Shown piece by piece: positions 60,578-64,000 of a DNA stretch of 64,000 bases; position 1 is the stretch's first letter, and each line of letters starts with the position of its first letter. The DNA lies in NCBI GenBank assembly GCA_036960915.1, contig JBALVQ010000011.1:6514-70513 (forward strand). Direction: 5' to 3'. Position numbers and translations under genes: made by a program. The notes beneath the pieces were generated by a model. It ran no database searches and was not told the DNA's origin. It saw only the letters and a program-made list of their open reading frames with translations. The DNA is from Amphritea sp. GTDB taxonomy: Bacteria > Pseudomonadota > Gammaproteobacteria > Pseudomonadales > Balneatricaceae.

Positions 60578-61615
60578 TTATTGGTCTATTTTGAGCTCAT
60601 CAATATAGGGCCCCCAGGTATCCGACAGGACAAAGCCCTGCTGGAACGGATCGCTGGGATCCAGTGCCAGTTGCTGTGTACCGTAAATCCAGCCTCTGCC
60701 AGTGATTTTCGGCAGTACTGCTTGCTTATCGCCAATCGTGGTCACACCATCCAGCCTGACCTTGAAGCGACTACCGATGATCGACTGGCTGAACAGTTCA
60801 TCCCCTTCTTTTACCAGGCCACGCTGATACAGAGTGGCAAGGTTTGCTGAGCTGCCTGTACCACAGGGAGACCTGTCACAGCGTCCGGGTTTCAGAGTGG
60901 TACAGGTTTTAATAACATCGTCCTCTACCTGTCTGAACATGACATAAGAGAGCTTATTCAGTGTGCTGTATAAAGGATGCTCAACGCTGATACTGCGGTT
61001 AAACAGCTCGACCAGCTCGACCCCTTTAGCAAATAGCTCACCGGCATTGGCCGGATCGATTGTCAGGCCCAGTTGCTCAACATCAACGATGGCGTAGTAG
61101 TCGCCGCCGAAAGCGATATCGCCGCGTATTGTCTGCCCCAGGTAGCTCACTTCAAAATCCAGCTGTTCGACAAACGAAGGCACCATCGCCAGAGTCACAT
61201 CGACACACTTGCCAGCCTCACATCGTGCTACGGCCTTAATCAGACCGGCCGCAGTATCAAGAGTGACAACAGTTTCCGGTTCCTGCATCGGTACAGCACC
61301 GGTTTCCAGCAGTGCCGTTGTTACGCAGATCGCATTCGATCCGGACATCGGATGAGCACCGTCGGGCTGCAGAATAATAAACCCTGCATCAGCCTCAGGG
61401 TGGATGGGTGCAGTGACAATGTTAAACGAACCGTGAGGCACACCGCGGGGCTCGAAGCAGAGGAACCGTTGCAGATCCCGGCCTTCGTTATTAAGGTAAT
61501 TCAGTTTATCCAGCATGGTTTCGCCGGGCACATTGATCACCCCACCTAGAACGACGGCACCATTTTCGCCTTCACAATGAGTATTAACAACGTTAACCAT
61601 CTTTTTCCAATGCAT
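60578..61615 (-). CDS. Proline racemase family protein with Ser/Cys catalytic pair (likely hydroxyproline 2-epimerase)
   Basis: HCEGE, EPRG, MSGSN, DRSPCGTG. Confidence 0.88.
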   Translation of the reverse strand: MHWKKMVNVVNTHCEGENGAVVLGGVINVPGETMLDKLNYLNNEGRDLQRFLCFEPRGVPHGSFNIVTAPIHPEADAGFIILQPDGAHPMSGSNAICVTTALLETGAVPMQEPETVVTLDTAAGLIKAVARCEAGKCVDVTLAMVPSFVEQLDFEVSYLGQTIRGDIAFGGDYYAIVDVEQLGLTIDPANAGELFAKGVELVELFNRSISVEHPLYSTLNKLSYVMFRQVEDDVIKTCTTLKPGRCDRSPCGTGSSANLATLYQRGLVKEGDELFSQSIIGSRFKVRLDGVTTIGDKQAVLPKITGRGWIYGTQQLALDPSDPFQQGFVLSDTWGPYIDELKIDQ

Positions 61616-61625
61616 AACAGACTCC

Positions 61626-62900
61626 TCAGAAACGTGTTGCCCGGTATGGCGTCATATCCATACGCTCAGTTGCACCATGCTGAACCAGATCTGCCACCAG
61701 CTCACCGGTAATTGCGCCATAGGTGATTCCCAGCTGACCGTGTCCACAGGCGTACACTACATTATGGAACTTAGGTGAGCGATCAATCACCGGCAGAGTA
61801 TCAGGCATCATTGGTCGGTAGCCTACCCACTCGGTCTTCTCAGTAATTTCAAGACGCGGCAAAATATTCTTCGCCTTACGGGTGATCGCACGGACACGGT
61901 TATAATTTGGCTTACTGTTAAGACCACCCAGTTCCAGTGTACCGCCGACCCTTAGCCCCATTTCCATCGGAGTGATAACAAAACCACCGTTGTGATGCAG
62001 CAGCGGATGCTTAACGGTCACATTCGGATCGATAATGGTGGTGTTGTAGCCTGCCATCGCCTCAACAGGAATAAAGTCTCCGATCTGCGCTGCAAGTTTG
62101 CGGGACCATGCTCCTGTAGCCACAACAAACTTATCGGATTCAATTCGCTCACCGTTAGTCAGTACAACCGCTTCAACCCGATCATCACGCTTGGCGAAGT
62201 CTTTCACCTCAACCAGCTTAATCTCACCTCCGTGACTGCTGAATGTATTAGCCAGTTCCTTGGTAAGACGGGCCGGGTCAGAGAAGTAATCCCAACCTTT
62301 CATCAGCATACCGCTATCGATATTGGAACTGATTTCAGGCTCCATCTCCCGCAGAACATTGCCTTCCAGAAACTCAGTTTCAAAACCACAGTCATGGCGC
62401 AGATCCCATGAAAACTGATCATGTTTGATCTCACTACGATCATCAAACAGATAGATCACTTCATGTGGCTTCAGGATATCTTCAATACCACTCTCTTTAA
62501 GCAGAGGCGCATAAGCTTCGGCTGCTTTGTTCGACAGCTGGGTCAGCCCTTGTGCAATCTCCAGCACTCGGTCTTTTCGACCTGCGCGAAGAAAACGCAT
62601 GAACCAGGGCATCATAGTCATCGCATGCATAGGACGCACCGCAACAGGTCCTTCCGGATCCATCAACCAGCCGGGCACCTCAGACAGCACACCGGGCTTA
62701 GAGATCGGCACGATCTCACTCACAGCCATCAGACCGCAGTTGCCGGTAGAAGCACCGGCGGCTACGCCCTCTTTATCCAGTAGTGTTACCTGATAGCCTT
62801 GCTTCAGCAGGTTAATCGCAGAGGTTACTCCGACAATACCTGCACCGATAACCACTGCTTTAGGTTTTTCATTCATAGTTTGCATCATCAGCCCACTCAC
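61626..62900 (-). CDS. FAD-dependent D-amino acid dehydrogenase (D-hydroxyproline dehydrogenase-like)
   Basis: GAGIVG, ASTGNCG, ATGAWS, W.GYRP..PD.LP, GHGQLG. Confidence 0.88.
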   Translation of the reverse strand: MSGLMMQTMNEKPKAVVIGAGIVGVTSAINLLKQGYQVTLLDKEGVAAGASTGNCGLMAVSEIVPISKPGVLSEVPGWLMDPEGPVAVRPMHAMTMMPWFMRFLRAGRKDRVLEIAQGLTQLSNKAAEAYAPLLKESGIEDILKPHEVIYLFDDRSEIKHDQFSWDLRHDCGFETEFLEGNVLREMEPEISSNIDSGMLMKGWDYFSDPARLTKELANTFSSHGGEIKLVEVKDFAKRDDRVEAVVLTNGERIESDKFVVATGAWSRKLAAQIGDFIPVEAMAGYNTTIIDPNVTVKHPLLHHNGGFVITPMEMGLRVGGTLELGGLNSKPNYNRVRAITRKAKNILPRLEITEKTEWVGYRPMMPDTLPVIDRSPKFHNVVYACGHGQLGITYGAITGELVADLVQHGATERMDMTPYRATRF

Positions 62901-62919
62901 CTAGTTATCCGATGACGGA

Positions 62920-63591
62920 TTAAATGGCTATTTTATGGATCAGCTTGCGTTCCAGCATACTTACTGAACGAGTCAGCGGGAAAGCAATAATAAAGTAGAT
63001 AAATGCAACAGCTGTCAGCATCTCTACCGGCTTAGCGGTTACGCTGGAAATGTTCTGGCCGATATACATCAGATCAGCCATACCTACTGCTGATACCAAA
63101 GCACTTTCCTTAAACAGACTCACTGTATTAGAAAGCAGTGTCGGAACCGCCCGCAGTACTGCCTGGGGTAAAATCACATACATAATTTTAGTCAACGGCC
63201 CCAGTCCCAGTGCAACACAGGCATCTGACTGATCGTTATCAATCGACAGCAATGATGCCCGGAAGGTCTCACTGGAGATCGCTCCCATATACAGGGTCAG
63301 CGCAATTACGGCAGAAGTAAAGTTGCTGATCTCAGTACCCAGAATCAGCGGCAGGCAGAAGAAGATCCAGAATAACTGAATCAATACCGGCGTACCGCGG
63401 AACAATTCTACATACACAGTGCTGGCAGCGAAGATCAGTTTATTGTTTGAAATCCGCATCAGGCTAACCAGAAAGCCCAGTCCCAGACCCAGCAACAAAC
63501 AGAGTCCGGTTACCTGCAGGGAAGTTATCAGGCCTCCAAGCAGCGCATCCCAGTATTCAAGCAGAAATAGAAAATCAATTGTATAAGTCAT
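62920..63591 (-). CDS. Polar amino acid ABC transporter permease
   Basis: FRGTPVLIQLF, ILPQA, KESAL. Confidence 0.93.
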   Translation of the reverse strand: MTYTIDFLFLLEYWDALLGGLITSLQVTGLCLLLGLGLGFLVSLMRISNNKLIFAASTVYVELFRGTPVLIQLFWIFFCLPLILGTEISNFTSAVIALTLYMGAISSETFRASLLSIDNDQSDACVALGLGPLTKIMYVILPQAVLRAVPTLLSNTVSLFKESALVSAVGMADLMYIGQNISSVTAKPVEMLTAVAFIYFIIAFPLTRSVSMLERKLIHKIAI

Positions 63592-63602
63592 GATAGATCA
63601 CC

Positions 63603-64000
63603 TCAGCTATTAGCCGCTTTATAACGCTTTTCAAGACGACTGCTCAGTAGCATCACAGGCAAAGCAATTGCGAAATACATCAGAGCAACGAAAGTAAAGG
63701 TTTCTATCGGACGATAAGTTTCCGTAGAAAGCAGTTTACCCATATACATCAGATCTTCGATCGCTACGATTGCCACCAGGGCACTCTGTTGGAAGATACT
63801 GATCGCATTGGTCACCAACACCGGCATTGCCAGACGTAGCGCCTGCGGCAGAATGACATACAGGTTAGTCTGTAGCGGTGTCAGACCCAGTGCAACAGAA
63901 GCATCCAGATGCGCCTTCGGAATCGCCTGAATAGCCGCCCGGTAAGCTTCCGCATTAAATGCAACCAGGTTTAATGACAGCGCCAGAACTCCCATCACAA
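63603..64000 (-). CDS. Polar amino acid ABC transporter permease (5' part outside window)
   Basis: AFNAEAYRAAI, ILPQALR. Confidence 0.9.
   Translation of the reverse strand, partial: VMGVLALSLNLVAFNAEAYRAAIQAIPKAHLDASVALGLTPLQTNLYVILPQALRLAMPVLVTNAISIFQQSALVAIVAIEDLMYMGKLLSTETYRPIETFTFVALMYFAIALPVMLLSSRLEKRYKAANS

Overview
Chromosomal window, most likely from a marine gammaproteobacterium (Oceanospirillales-like; inferred from gene content and style). It is mostly catabolic and regulatory genes. (1) 0.6-6.4 kb: redox/detox genes (DoxX, secreted SnoaL-like protein, SDR, LysR, DUF5519/luciferase-family protein, FMN reductase, YqjG-type GST). (2) 6.4-20.4 kb: a coenzyme F420 operon (cofH-cofD-cofC-cofE-npdG-LLM oxidoreductase-ribA) whose promoter carries two RutR-type boxes. 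It is headed by an unannotated 58-aa remnant of cofG and sits beside rutR, an NCS1 permease with an unannotated small membrane ORF, and beta-alanine catabolism genes. This suggests F420-linked pyrimidine catabolism. (3) 20.4-32.6 kb: REP cluster, FAD oxidase, NYN protein, GST, a response regulator/periplasmic binding protein/hybrid kinase trio, an AT-rich DEAD-box helicase, a higBA-type module with a nonsense-mutated toxin, and two GNATs. (4) 32.7-54.9 kb: an amine/guanidino-compound region (TRAP system, GlxA regulator, porin, GbuA-like ureohydrolase, PuuB-like oxidase, cupin, PAS-sigma54 activator, APC permease, ALDH, amidase, C45 Ntn-hydrolase, uncharacterised ATP-grasp protein). Three sigma-54 promoters share a GATTCA-N4-TGAAT palindrome, which links the ATP-grasp/C45 pair to the amine genes. 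A cds1/Lrp and arsR/arsP block interrupts this region. (5) 55.4-64 kb: hydroxyproline-type catabolic cluster. No rRNA, tRNA, CRISPR array or intact transposase was seen. All calls come from motif recognition by eye, with no database searches.
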